Shown: piece by piece, positions 1 through 13,184 of the stretch
How the letters are laid out: every line of letters starts with the position of its first letter
Numbering within the stretch: the stretch's first letter is position 1
Assembly (NCBI GenBank): GCA_013265495.1
Contig: MU057744.1
Coordinates: forward strand, 2,307,370-2,371,369
DNA: 64,000 nucleotides
Source: Vicugna vicugna
Lineage: Eukaryota
Reading direction: 5' to 3'
Program-made: the position numbers and the translations under genes
The notes under the pieces: model-generated
The model's input: only the letters and a program-made list of their open reading frames with translations
Told to the model about the DNA's origin: nothing
Database searches by the model: none

Positions 1-829
1 ACTTACATATAGAGAGGGATGTCTACCTATCTGTCTGCCAACCTACCTATCCACCCATCCATCTAGATTTTCCAAACCACGACCATACTCTTACAACACT
101 CCTTCAGTGATGTATGGGTACCTTTTACCCATTTTTAACAAAAACATGATCTGTAGCAAAAATCTAAGCGTTTCCAAATTTCAGAAAAAAAAATTGATCC
201 AAAGAGATTATTTTCCAACAACTGTATATTCTGCAACTGTTAATGAGGAAATCATGAAAATCACTAACTAAGAGTATGAACTTGTTAAGTGTTTTTAACT
301 ACAACTTTAAAAAACATCTATTAATTCTGGTTTTCCCATTCTCCCACCTCCCTGTTTTATTGTGTATATAACTGGTTTAAATTTTTTAGAGTTTGTAACA
401 TGTGCTCTTTGTTTTATAATTTAATTTCAGCATTTTTAAAATTTATATTTTAACTGATTCTGTGCTTACCACCAGTGAGCATTCTCCATTCTTGAGGGTT
501 TTTTTGGATTTTTTTTTTATTTGGTGTTATTGCTTTTTGGACAGAATTTTCCATCTTCAATTTCCATCTTTTCTGTAGCTTATTTTCCAAGCTACATTCT
601 TTAGCATGCCAGTAGTTTATCTTTTTATTTTAAAGCTAAATTAGCTTTCTAAATACATCTCATGTGCTGTGTGGATTCCTTTAAATAATTAAAACGTTAA
701 AGAGATTTTTTCACGTCTCCTTTTGAACACTAAATAGAACCATGATCCCCTCTTCCTTTATTTGGAACTAGCCTGTATGGTACGTTTCTTTCATGCCCTT
801 CACTTTTGTACTGTCGTGTGTATTCCTTA

Positions 830-1420
830 AGTTTATAGCAACATATACTTTGCATGGTTCCCGACTGTGTCTCTGGCCTTTTTAAACTTTACATGCAAGT
901 TATCACACTGTATCTATCCTTCCAATGTTTTTTTTTCAGTTGTTCACTTGTGTTTCGAGCTCAATTCATGACCGATGCTACGTGTACCAGACGTCGAGCC
1001 GTACAGCACTGGTGCATACCCGTGAGTGCTTCCGCATGAATGGTTGGCCATCTGGGATGTTTATTCTGTTTCTCCATCATAAACAATGTTACAGTGAACA
1101 CAATTCAATACGTCACGTTACGCTTCTCTCTGAGCCTTCCTCTAGGATAGTACTGCTGAATTACAAGACACGCACATTTTAACTCGTACCGCGTTTTGTC
1201 AAATTGCCTGCAACTTCGCTTATCTGGTTTACTACCCAAATGCAAAACTCCGAAGCTTCTTCTTGACAACCTTGAAACACCTGAGGTTAGCAGACATTCA
1301 AATTTCTGCCAGTCTAATTTATAAAGATTTTTTTCATTGAATACTAATATTGATCGCTTCTATTTTAATACCTTTCAAGTTTGTTCTCTGTGAATAATAC
1401 TATGTGTGTATTGGATCTCC
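830..1420 (-). mobile_element. Ancient degenerate L1 (L1ME-like) 3' region fragment
   Basis: Degenerate antisense L1M 3'-end motifs, e.g. ataaacaatgttacagtgaaca and tttgtcaaattgcc; boundaries approximate. Confidence 0.5.
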
Positions 1421-2166
1421 TTAAATTTAAGAGGAATTTAAGTTTTTAAATGTAGAGAAATTACTATACCTTGAACCAGGAAATACAATATTTCAATGCA
1501 CAACTCAGGTAGGAACTAATAATTCTGACAATATTTTATTTTTTTCTTTCCCTCAGAAACTTTAAAACTTCCATGTTTTACATGTTCGTCCTGGATACAT
1601 TCCTATATTTTGACTGTGTCTCTCTAACTAAGAGCAGCCTTATTCATTTCTCTCCTTCTTTGCCCACACAAACTACCTGGCATTCCTCTTACAAACGCTG
1701 GCACTAAAATCTGTGTCCTGGTTACCACTGAGAGACCCTTCATAGTCACAGGCCTGCTTTTCAACCTAAACTGTTCTGTCAGTTGATAAAGACAAAGGCT
1801 GAATTCTCCCAGTAATATTATAACAAATGTTGCACTTACAAAACTAGATCTGCTTGGAGGCACATGAAGCAATATTACAGTTGTAAAAAAAGACAAGACC
1901 GTCTGCTTTATTCACTGAATTGATGTAATGACCCTGGGTGTGTTCTGTGGAGTCAGTCCTCCATCCCAGCAAGGCCATTCATTATCTCGTTCCCGACTGG
2001 CACAAGTGGACGTCTTAATGGCTGACTTTTAAATGACATTTTAAGATCTAGAGATATGTGTCAAGTAATTATCTAAATCTCATGTGGATTTGGTTTCCAT
2101 AAGGCTTCCTAAATTCTTATTTAAAGTTTGCCATCAAAGTAACTATATATATATATAAAGTGTGCA

Positions 2167-2188
2167 AGTGGCCTAATGGATAAGGCAC
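2167..2188 (+). pseudogene. Isolated 22-nt 5' fragment of tRNA-Arg(CCT)
   Basis: agtggcctaatggataaggcac matches the D-arm region of mammalian tRNA-Arg-CCT as I recall it (GCCCCAGTGGCCTAATGGATAAGGCACTGG...); the anticodon and T arms are absent. Confidence 0.55.
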
Positions 2189-2309
2189 ATGTATGAACGT
2201 TAGTATCTAACGTGCCAAAGAGTTCATCTTATTTTTTTCCCCTCTAAATTGACCTATTTCATGCTTTAAGAAGTTTTCTCTTCCTTTTTAAAAAAAAGCA
2301 CGCTGTTCA

Positions 2310-2490
2310 TGTACTTGGTTCTGTTCTGAGTGCTTAGCACACAGTAACTCGCTTCATAAACAAGCCACAGGAGGCCTGCATTTCACCTTCATGTGCAAAC
2401 AGGGAGAGTGAAGAAGAGTGATGAGGAAACATGACCAAGGAAACCCAGCCAGGACGCAGCGGGACCTGCAGGCTTAAGTGCTCCCGTCCT
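2310..2490 (-). mobile_element. MIR SINE fragment
   Basis: Degenerate MIR core (tgttctgagtgctt...aacagggagagtgaa...aacatgaccaagg). Confidence 0.45.
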
Positions 2491-3199
2491 CTTAGCTCGG
2501 TCTCGTAGAACTGGCTCGAAATTCTATATATTCACCTTATCTACTCTCTTGATTCATATCCTGCGCCATTTAAAAAAATCTTTTTGGCTGAAGAGTTCCA
2601 ATTTTGTGGAAGGTTCTCCATTTATCATTTTAATCATCTTTTTCGCCCCTGAATTTTATGCCTTCATTGCTTCATTTTTGTGTTAGAAATACACATGTGG
2701 ATTGCAGATACACAAAGCTTAAGTCATAAAGTGGATATGAAAACATTTCCTGTCTAAATTTTTATAGAAGGCCTGATATTGTCTAAGGTTTTTGCCTCAA
2801 AAGCATTTTTTAACACATATTTACTTAATGTGTTTAGACAATTTCCTGGTATTGTCATATTGGTAACTCATACTGGTAACATGATTTTAACATGGATATA
2901 GTGAGGTACTGTGGTTAATTTTCCTTACACCTTCTCTTTGGCCAACTTTTTATCCATTTATTTATGACATAATTATTTTTACAGCCATCACTGACAACTT
3001 GACATTCTTTTTCAGAATAACAGCCACATTAGTCTTATTTCTTATTAGGATTCTTTTTCCCAGGAAGCTCATTTTCCTGCTCTTTATTAGCCTTATTTCT
3101 TTATTATCCAATCCAATCACTCCAGAACTTTCCAGGGAGAAATTTAAACAAAGTAATATGTTTGAATGAATGAATAGATAGTCAATTAGCATTTGTACA

Positions 3200-3400
3200 G
3201 TGCTGTAATTCTGCAAACATTTTAACAGACATTTCTCTCTTGTTTCTCTTAACTCTCTGAAATCTCTGGATAGATGTTACCTAAACTTGCAGATGACAAG
3301 ATTGTGGGTCAAATTGCTTAAGTGACTTAAAGTCACATAATTGCTAAAAGGATGGATGGGATTGGAACTGCAGCCCAGATAATCTGTCTCTGCACCCTAA
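3200..3400 (-). mobile_element. MIR SINE fragment
   Basis: ttgcagatgacaagattg...ttaagtgacttaaagtcacata...gggattggaact matches the MIR core. Confidence 0.55.
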
Positions 3401-4626
3401 CACACTATTTCTTTTCATATTTCCTTCCGGCAACTAAGCAAGTATCAGAAGGCTTCATTGTTGCTTGAAGTTAGAATGATGCTGAAACCAGATGCTAATT
3501 TGAGCTTATACAGCACGTCGCCCCCTTGAAGGGGTAGTCAGATAAATAGAAAAGTGGAAGCATACAGGGAGAGGGTTCTTCGGGACAAGGCAGTCCAAAT
3601 GGATCACTTTACAGATGAAAAATACACACCGACAACAATTCTGGTAACACAGAAAAGCATATGTTTTTAAACCACTGCAACTTGGCAAAGGACATCTAAT
3701 TTTTCCTGAAGAAGCAGCTTAATTAATATTCATTAAAAAAAATGAGTGAGGGAAAGTATTCCTTAGAACACCAAGATATTTCTGAATTACGTCTGAAATG
3801 TAGATAATTGTCTGACCTGACAAGCCACTCCAGACCCGTTTAAGTGGCTTACAAATCAGGGAACGTGTCTTCAGGCCAGAGTCAGCTTATGACTGAAATG
3901 AACATCAAATAACAGGATTCTAATCACCACATCTAGTTTTACAGGCAAGAACCAATCCTGCATTTTTGCTTCAAACATCTCTGCAGCTTTAAAAAGTTTC
4001 ATCTGGATTAAAGGGCTGAGAAGTGGTTGACCTGTATCAGAGGAAGTGACCAGGGCAGAGCAGCAGGGTGTGACCAGACAGTACTGAATCCTCGGAGAGG
4101 CTTCCACTTTTACTGAAATTATCTCTTAAAAAAAAATAACTTGATTTGAAGGCCAAGTTCGTATGTGCATGTGTTTTCTTCTAGGGAATACACAAATCAT
4201 TATGTCCAAAAAATATGATAATAAATGCTATGAAATAAGTTCATGCGTTATAAATCCCAGACCACGAAGAACAGTGGAGGAAGAGCGGCCATGGGTTGGT
4301 GGCCGTGTGTCATCAGAGTTCTGGATTAGATGAGCCCCGCAAGGAAACGGGCCCAAACTGGGAAGGCTCGGAGCAACCAGGAGCCCTTGGTGCTGGGAGT
4401 CAGCGAGACAAGGGGTGTGGTCACAAGGGACCAACGAGCACCTGCAGGTGGAGTCATCACCGTGTCTCATCTGGTCCAGCTGTGGCTTCAGGGGTATTTT
4501 TACCCTGGTCAACATGTGCTGCATGACTTACGTAAGGCTGAAGACGGCAGTTTTTATTATTGGTGAGTAATCAGCAGGTCAATGACCATAATACTATTAA
4601 TTTTCCTGAGTCAAGATTCTTTTTTA

Positions 4627-4800
4627 GGAAGAGGGTATAGCTCAAGTGGTAGAGCACATGCTTAGCATGCATGAGGTCCTGGGTTCAATCCCCAGTGCCT
4701 CCTCTAAAAATAAATAAACCTAATTACCACCCCCCCAAATAAAATAATTAAATAATACGATAACAAATAAATAAAACATAAAGCTTTAAAAAAAAAAGAA
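4627..4800 (+). mobile_element. tRNA-Ala-derived camelid SINE (Vic-1 type)
   Basis: Head gagggtatagctcaagtggtagagcacatgcttagcatgcatgaggtcctgggttcaatcccc with A and B boxes, family motif aataaacctaattacc, A-rich tail. Confidence 0.9.
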
Positions 4801-4859
4801 TGGCACAAAAAAGACTTTTATTTTTAGCAAAGTAGATTATATATTATTTTATTTTATTT

Positions 4860-5005
4860 GTTTCTTTTGTTGTGTTTAACACCTCTATCGTGGTATGGTT
4901 CCTGTACAGTAAACTACACATATTTCAGATGTACAACTTGATGAATGCACACACCTATGAAACCACCACAACCAAGATACCTAACGTTTCCATCTCTCTC
5001 CAAGA
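4860..5005 (-). mobile_element. L1M(B)-type 3' end fragment
   Basis: gtaaactacacatatttcagatgtacaacttgatgaa...aaaccaccacaaccaagatac...tttccatc is a typical antisense L1MB/ME terminus. Confidence 0.65.
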
Positions 5006-6540
5006 GGCGCAATTTTCAAATTAAATCAAGGTGACTGGGCGTTCAGGGAGTGACTTAAGAGAGATCCAGGGAGCCATCCAGCAGTAATTCTTCTGAAATG
5101 AATCGAGACAGCAGTCAGGAAAAGGAAAAAACTTAAGAACGGCGTGGCTGTTATCTGGGACAAGGAAGCACTGGGAGAGTTAGGGAGGGGACATGCAGTG
5201 GAGGGTCACATCTGCCTGGTGAATTAAACCAACACATGCCCCAGAATTAAAGAATAAACTGGTTTTTAAAATCCAAACTATGATCAGAACAAAGTGTGCC
5301 GAAAGTCAAATAGCCTGCTGGCTTTTCGTATTAACTAAGCTGCATGCAGGAAACATAAGATTCTTGACGGAAACGTAACTGCACACAACTGACGAAGATG
5401 AAGCCCTCTGGAGAGACGCTGGGATCAAGGTCCAAACCATGTCCGCGTCTGTGTCAGTCTGCGCTGTGTGGAATGCCTCTGTTCTCAATAAGCTCTTTTG
5501 TGAGGATGAACGCAAGAACAATGCTGAAGCTGTAGGGAGACTATGATTATCCTGAGTCTTATCTTGAGCTGGAATGAAAACAGCTTTGCTCAGAAGGATT
5601 CTGATAACACTGACTCCTAGTGTGTTTAATTTGAGGGAAGCAGACAGAACATGGCTTTTGAAAATCAGGCAAGCTGATGACTCTTCTTCTCCACTAAGCT
5701 GAAGCGCACACCCTGAATGCTGTTGTCAGTGCAAAAATTATATCCTGGGGGAAGAAGGCAAGGCTATGAACAGGGAGATGACACATTACGATCTGAAATA
5801 CTCAGAAGTCTCTGCGGTCCTATTTATCCCCTTCACTTATTTCACAGAAAATAATCTGGGCAGCCCTCCCTATGGAAGGAAGCTTAAATTCAGGGATGAT
5901 TAAATCCCATGAACTAGAAAAGTAAATCAAATCCTTTTCCAGTCAGAGCAAAACCATTCTCAGATAAAAGAAAAATCACCTACTAAATGAATAGTAAGAT
6001 TAGTTATGCCAAATGCAAAACCCTAAAGTATTTGCAAGTATGACACCTTCTAAATATGAAATTAACAGCCATGAAAGTCCTAAGTGACATGGTTTTGCTC
6101 TAACTGAATTTTCGTTATTGCCTTTTTAATTAGCATGGTTCCTTGCTAATTTCTACCTTAAAAATGTTACATTACAAAATCTCTTATCCTAATTCTCAAC
6201 ATATGGAAATTTTAATCTATTGTAATAACACTTTACAGAGTATGTTTCACTTTTAAAAACTTATTTCCTGCTTGGACCACTAATACTTATTCTTTGAAAT
6301 GTAATCACTGGTATTTGGTTTCTGTTTTCCTTTTTGAAGCTTGCTTAAAAAGCCTTTATGTAAAATTGGTTTTTAGGAATGAATTACTACCGAAATTTAA
6401 GACACCATTTTTCACTCAAAATAAAACTGAATAAAGCAAATATTCCTTTCCTGATTATCTCTTTTGTGTCAATTATTAATGTGTTTATTTAAAAATATAT
6501 AGTTTGCTACTATAATTCTTCTTTTCCCTGTCTACCCCAG

Positions 6541-6565
6541 GCAACTGGGTATAATTAATAAATAA
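6541..6565 (+). other. Candidate terminal exon start of an unidentified transcript
   Basis: Strong acceptor ttcttcttttccctgtctaccccag|G; all three frames stop within 25 nt (ATGYN*, xNWV*, xQLGIINK*). No upstream partner exon identified. Confidence 0.2.
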
Positions 6566-6771
6566 TATGAGGACGTTACTCTTTAATGTTGTTTAAAAAA
6601 CTTAAAAAGCTGAATAACTAAAATGCATAAAATAGCTTCTTTTACTCTTTTAAGCCAATACCACTTAATCTAAGAATAGTTTCTCAATGGGAGATGGTGA
6701 CTTCTTAATTTTTAAACAAATGTTCTTGAAATCTCTTTACATGTCAATTTTAGACATAAATAATATTTAAA

Positions 6772-8080
6772 AGTAGAACATTCCATTCAAAAGCAGCCAA
6801 ACATGCATTCTTTTCAAAGTGCATCTGAACCGTCCTCAGGACAGATCACAAGCTAGGCCGCAAGACAAGCAGCAGTGAATTTGAGAAGATTGAAATCACA
6901 TCAGGTATCTTTTCCAACCATAATGTATGAGACTAGATCAACTACAAGGAAAAAAACTGCAAAAAACCCAGAAGCATGTGGAGGATAAAGAATATGCCAC
7001 TAAACAATCAATGGGTCACTGAAGAAATCAGAGGAAATCAGACAATACTTAGGGGCAAATGACAACAACACAAAGACCCTGAGTCTACAGGACGCAGCAA
7101 AAGCAGTTCTAAGGGGCAAGTTTACAGTGATTCAAGGCTACATCGAGAAACAAGAAAAATCTCAAATAAACAACCTAATCTTATCCCTAACAAGCTAGAA
7201 GAAGAAGAAAACCCAAAGTTAGTAGAAGGAAAGAAGTAATAAAGATCAGAAGAGAAACAAACGATAGACTAAAAGCAATAGAAAAGGTCAATGAAGACAA
7301 GAACAGTTTCTCTAAAAAGAGAAACAAAATTGATAAATCTTCAGCCAGACTATCAAGAAAATAAGACAGAGAGCCCAAGTCAATGAAATCAGAAGTGAAA
7401 AAGAAGTTACAGCTGACACCACAGACACAGAGCATCTTGAGATTGCGATGGACAATTGTGTGCCAATAAAATGGGTGGCCTAGCAGAAATGAACAAATTA
7501 TGAAAAATGTACAATCTCCCATGACTGGGCCAGGAAAAAACATAAAGTATAAACAGACTGACTACTACTAACGAAACTGAATGAGTAACAAAAAAAATAC
7601 TCCCAACAACAACACAAGCTCCAACACCAGACGGCTTCGCCGGTGAGCTCCACCCAACGCTGGGGAAGAGGTAACACCTATCTTCCTCAGAGAAGTCCGA
7701 AGAACTGCAGAGGGAGGGACCCTTCCAAACTCATTCCACGAGGGTAGCATCACCCTGATGTTAAAACCAGACAAAGATATCACACACACACACACAAAAC
7801 CATGAACATAGGCGGTAAAATGCCCAACAAAATATTAGCGACCCGAATCCAACAATACATTAAGAAGGATCACACACCATGGTCAAGTGGTATTTATCCC
7901 AGGGATGCAAGGATGATTCCACATCTGCAAATTGGTCAGTGTGGCACACCACATGATCAAACAGAAGAGTAAAAACCACACAGCCGTCTCAGGAGATGCA
8001 GGGAGATCTTTTGACAAAATTCTGCATCCATTTGATAAAGTCTCTCAACTACGTGGGCACAGAGGGAACACACCTCAGCG
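6772..8080 (+). mobile_element. L1 ORF2 internal fragment (late endonuclease to start of RT), degenerate
   Basis: L1 ORF2 motifs: aacaatcaatgggtcactgaagaaatc, gcagcaaaagcagttctaagggg, ccttccaaactcattc, tttatcccagggatgcaagg; frameshifted. Confidence 0.93.
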
Positions 8081-11000
8081 TGACAGAGGCTTTCCTCCAC
8101 TTTCTGATCAGATCTCCCTCGCTGCACATCTGATTATGCTCCAACCTTAGCACCTTAGAGCAACAAACACTATCTCACAGTTTCCATGAGTCGGGATTGG
8201 AGGATGACCGAGGTGGAGCTTCTGGACCAGAATTTCTCACGAGGTTGGGTTCTTGATTCAGGCCGTGTTCCCCTGGGCAAGTGACTTTTCTCACTTGAGA
8301 AGCAGGTGATGTAAAGGTTGAAAAGGTAGGTTTGAAGACTGATTTCCAAACTTCAGGGTCCATAAAAATCATTTTTGGATCTTATTTTGAAAAGATACGT
8401 TATTTGGTTTCACCACCCAGAGATTCTGATTTAATTCAATTTAATTTGAAGTGTTGCCTAGTAAGAGCCGGCTTCAGAAGGCTGGACTGCTGAGGTAAGG
8501 CTCCTCCTATATTCTGAGCTGACTGTGTGCCTTAAAGTGATGTTGGCCGTAACTGGCAGAGCGGCTTCAGAAGATGTGGCTCATGTGGCCCCAGACTTCC
8601 ATCAGGCGAGAAGTCAAAGTCGCAGTCGGACTTGGCTGGGGCTGCAGAGGAGTGTGACGGTGTCTTCCGTAGCGGTCAGTGGGGAATGACAGAGACAGCT
8701 CTGTCAGTGTGGGCGCCTGGAAAAGGAGGGAATGGGAAGAGAGCTGCCGTGTACCGGTCTGCTGTGCCTCCACCCCGCATCACAGGCCCACTCGCCCTCC
8801 GTGAGCTCTCAGCACAGAAGCCCCTGCACACAGAGGGGTGGGCATTCTGACTTTTTTTTTTTTTTGACAAAACAATAAGGAGCTGGGGCAGGTGAAATGG
8901 TGTCTCTGATACTGAAGTTGATGCTTCTTCAGTCCATGCGGCCCATCTGAGAAGCGTCAGATGTGTGTGTTGGAGGAAGACAGGTTTTGTGTTTGAAGAA
9001 CCGTGTCAAGTTTAAGGGCAGGGAAGCTCTGGGTATGAGAAGTCGGAGAAAAAAGAGACCTCAGAGCAACAGACGGGCAGGAAAAATGCAGCGCTCCTAG
9101 CTCTAGCAGGGAGCACGTCACCTGATGAAAGCTGGTCGGTCAGATGGACGCGGAAAATGGGACATCACCTGATCAGCAGGAGAACGCAGAAAGGACCTCC
9201 ATGAGTCCAGCCCCAAACGTTCATTTTAAAAAATTATGTGGAATGTGGCTGACTTTCTAGGCTTTGTTTATAAGGTTTGCAGGACTTTGTATTTTCTGGA
9301 CTTTGTTTACAAGAATCAGCAAATTGGTCTGCAGAAAATACAATTAAAAAAATTTTCCATGGAAATACAGTTCAAATGAACTATAGATGTGAAAGAAAGA
9401 TTTTCTGTGAAGATTTCACAGATCCCTATCTTTTAGAGTAGAATGAAAATAAAAATTGTGTGAGAACCTTTGCATTCTAATTTTATTATATTACTGGTAG
9501 CTTCTCTCAGGTTTAAAGTGACTTGCTATAGGAAGACAGCACGCCATTCATGTGGGAGAGATTTACCAAAAACAAAATATTTCAAATGTTTACGAGCGTA
9601 GTAAGGGTTTCTATCAGGTTTCGATCTCATTCTCCAGCTGTTTGAGATTTTTCACTTATACATAGACTCTAACAATACTCAGCAAAACATACATGTTGGT
9701 GCAAACGTCTAACTGGCAACATAAATATCACGGGCAGTGGTGTCTTCCCTGACATGATTTTCTAAAAGAGTGAACAATTCTTGGTAACATTTTGAATATC
9801 ATAGCATATAAGGTTTTTTTTTTTAACGCACAAAAGATTTGGTTTCTTGGAAAATCCATTTTTACAGTCTAAAACCCAGCTTGTGTTTGGCTGTGAAGTG
9901 GAATTAGGTGAGAAGGATTAAACACTGATAAACAAGCTTTCCGCCTCCACTGTCTGGTGGGAAATGCGTTCCATAGTTCAGGGCAGGCCCACACACTGCG
10001 GGATGTCCTCCCTAGGACTGAATGCTGGTGACAACCATCATGACAACTGTGTCCATCACCAAGTCGTGCGAACGCACGCCTGGGGATGTGCCCGCTCTTG
10101 GGGGCCAGTACTGTGGGACGTGCTCCTAGGAGTGTAACCATCAAGTCCCGAGCCTGACCCATCTTTAACTTTATCTGATAAACCTCAATTAGACGGACCC
10201 AGTTTAGAGACTTCCTGTCACGATATGCGGCCACTAGCTGACCGTGAGTGCGCTGAAACCCTCTTGGGCCAGTGGGGGGGAGGGGTCCTCCCGCTGGGCG
10301 GAACTCACTCGGAGGAGCACATCTACTTACGCACTTCGCTGACTCATGATTTCTGTTTTGTGTTCCTGTACATGCCGTCTCTCAAAAGTTGCTACTTGGC
10401 GAAACATTTGCATGCTCAAGAAGTTTCAACATTCTTTTAGCAATTTTATTTGCTAAAATAAATTTCCGCTTGCTAAGATTATGCGTTTGAATTCAATAGT
10501 AAGATTTATTTTTAAATGCTTTGTAAATAAGGTTTCTACCTATTGGACCCTCCGCACATGTCTAAATCAGTAGGGTTTTGTTATGACTTATTTCACAGCG
10601 TCTTATGAAAAGATACATATTACCACTTACATTGTACAAATGGAGATGCACGTGAAATAATGTGTTCTCTTCCTAAATAGCTAAAAATCCAATTACCAAT
10701 AGTCAATGGGACTAGAACAGAATATTCTGCTACTCCTGATCTACTTAATTAATAAGTTTATTTTATTTTGGCCTTTCAAAATTGGTTAATGTCATTTAAC
10801 AATAAAATCCTAGCATGTGTGTGTGTTTATAATTTATAATCTTTAATATATCTATATCTAACCCAAGCAGAGGGCAATTATGTGAACTGATTATGAGAAT
10901 TCAAATAAGCACTTTAAGTAGCTATTATTTAAAATTTATTTAAAAATATTCTTTGAATTTTATTCTAATGCATCCAGAAAAAGGTAGAAAATGTATTTGA

Positions 11001-11189
11001 CTGTTGAAGGATATTTATCAACTGCTCCTTTCTTACAAGGTAACACTTTAGAAAGCTGGGTTTCAAACTAAATTAAACAGTTATTTGTATAATACTTTTC
11101 AAATTAATTTAGCCTTTATAACTTCATATTTATTTTTGTAATTTACATATGCAACAGCTACTCTATAATAACTTTCAAATTTTATTGCT

Positions 11190-11985
11190 AGTCAGGGGAC
11201 TAATTTCAAAAATATACAAATAGCTCATACACCTTAATATCAAAAAAACCCAAAACAAACCCAATCTGAAAATGGGCAGAAGACCTAAATAAGCAATTCT
11301 CCAATGAAGACATACAAATGGCCAACAGGCACATGAAAAAAATGCTCAGCATCGCTAATTGTCAGAGAAATGTAGATCAAAACTACAATGAGGTATCACC
11401 TCACATCAGTCAGAATGGCCATCATTAAAAAGCTCACAAATGATAAATGCTGGAGAGGGTGTGGAGAAAAGGGAACCCTCCTACACTGCTGGCGGGAATG
11501 TAAATTAGTGCAGCCACTGTGGAAAACAGTATGGAGAGTCCTCAAAAAACTAAAAATACACTTACCATGTAGTCTATCAATCCCACTCCTAGGCATACAT
11601 CTAGAGAAACATATAACTCAAAAAGACACATGCACCCCAATGTTCATAGCAGCACTTCTGGGTACATATCCAGAGGGAACTCTAATTCGAAAAGATACAT
11701 GCACCCCAGTGTTCACAGCAGCACTATATACAATAACCAAGACATGGAAGCAACCTGAATGTTCATCAACAGATGACTGGATAAAGAAGTTGTGGTATAT
11801 TTATACAGTGGAATACTAACTACTCAGCCATAAAAAATGATAAAAATAATGCCATTTGTACCAACATGGATGGAACTGGAGGTTGTCATTCTAAGTAAGA
11901 AATAAGCCAGAAAGAGAAAGAAGAATGCCATTTGATATCACTTATATGTATAATCTAAAAAAAAAAGGACACAAATTAACTACTT
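11190..11985 (+). mobile_element. L1 ORF2 C-terminus plus start of 3' UTR, with internal 69-bp duplication
   Basis: ORF 11388-11819 (MRYHLT...[16 protein letters not shown]...[13 protein letters not shown]) is the L1 ORF2p cysteine-rich domain. Confidence 0.95.
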
Positions 11986-12392
11986 ATTATTTATAACTTA
12001 GATGACTGATCTCTTGAATATGTGTAAGCACATCTGACTTGTCCTTTATGATTGGATTACTGCATTCTGTCAATTCTTATTTTGTGGTTGGCTTTATTCC
12101 TTTGGTATATGTCAGTTTAAACAGCTAAAGCTCTAAATTGTTCTGAGAAACAATGATCAGTACATATATGTAAAATTTTTTTTAAATGCGCAGTATATGG
12201 TATGTATGTGTTTACATGCAATATATTATATGTGTGCCGTTAAACTGTAACAGTTCTGCCTAATAAAACTGAAAAATGAAAAAGTAAAGCCATAAAGAAA
12301 GAAAAAAATCTTATTACTAGTGTCCTCAGATTTCTGACACAATACCCAGTAAATGAAGTATCATTATGGTTTCTATACATTTTATCTGTTAT

Positions 12393-12505
12393 AGAAAATG
12401 TAAATTGATGCCACCACTTTGGAAAAATATGGAGATTCCTCCAAAAATTAAGAAAGGAACTACCACATGATGCAGCTGTTCAACTTCTGGTTATTTTTCT
12501 GAAGA
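12393..12505 (+). mobile_element. Short L1 ORF2 3' fragment
   Basis: aatgtaaattg...ccactttggaaaaatatggagattcctc...gaactaccacatgat. Confidence 0.7.
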
Positions 12506-13184
12506 GCGCTCTTCAAATTTTAATAAATGATTGGGAAAATATTTACTTCATTATTTTTATTTTCTACCCACTGTAACGACCCCAAAGCTATAAAATATCA
12601 TCCTTAGCTGCAGTTTACACGAAATGGAAAATTCTCTTTCGCCTCACACGCATTTCTTAGTATGACGGCTCAGTCCCTCTGCCCAGAGGAGGCCGCCCAG
12701 AGGAGGGTGGCCCGTAAGTGGTTCAGCTGGGCGGCGCCTCCTTTCCCACTCGCACACGGGAGCGCAACCTCAAAACAGATCAGTTCCTACATAGAAAAAC
12801 TGCTTAGATGAAACTTCTTCTGGATGATAATCCTAGACGAATTTCAGAAAAAGTATATTTTCCTGACATCACAGGATATAAATATATTTTAAAATCAATT
12901 ATTACAATTTTTCTCCATGAGATCAACTGATTCAGACAAATAATTTTGCAAGTATCAGCAAAGATCTTGAAGTAAATATACCAAATATTACACCGTGATA
13001 GAAAAATACTGGGAAGTATTAAAAAGAACAGACTGCAATTTCTCGTTTCTGCCTGCAGGCTTGCTTTGTTACTCAGTCATATATAGTCCTTATCTTTCAG
13101 TTACCCCAGGAATAAAAGAAAGCAGAACCAAACTTTGCACCTTATTATGCTGAACCTACGTCCTATGTTTTTAAAAACAAGATT

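Noticed and set aside
11388..11819. 143-aa cysteine-rich ORF as a host gene
   Set aside because: It is the L1 ORF2p C-terminal fragment.
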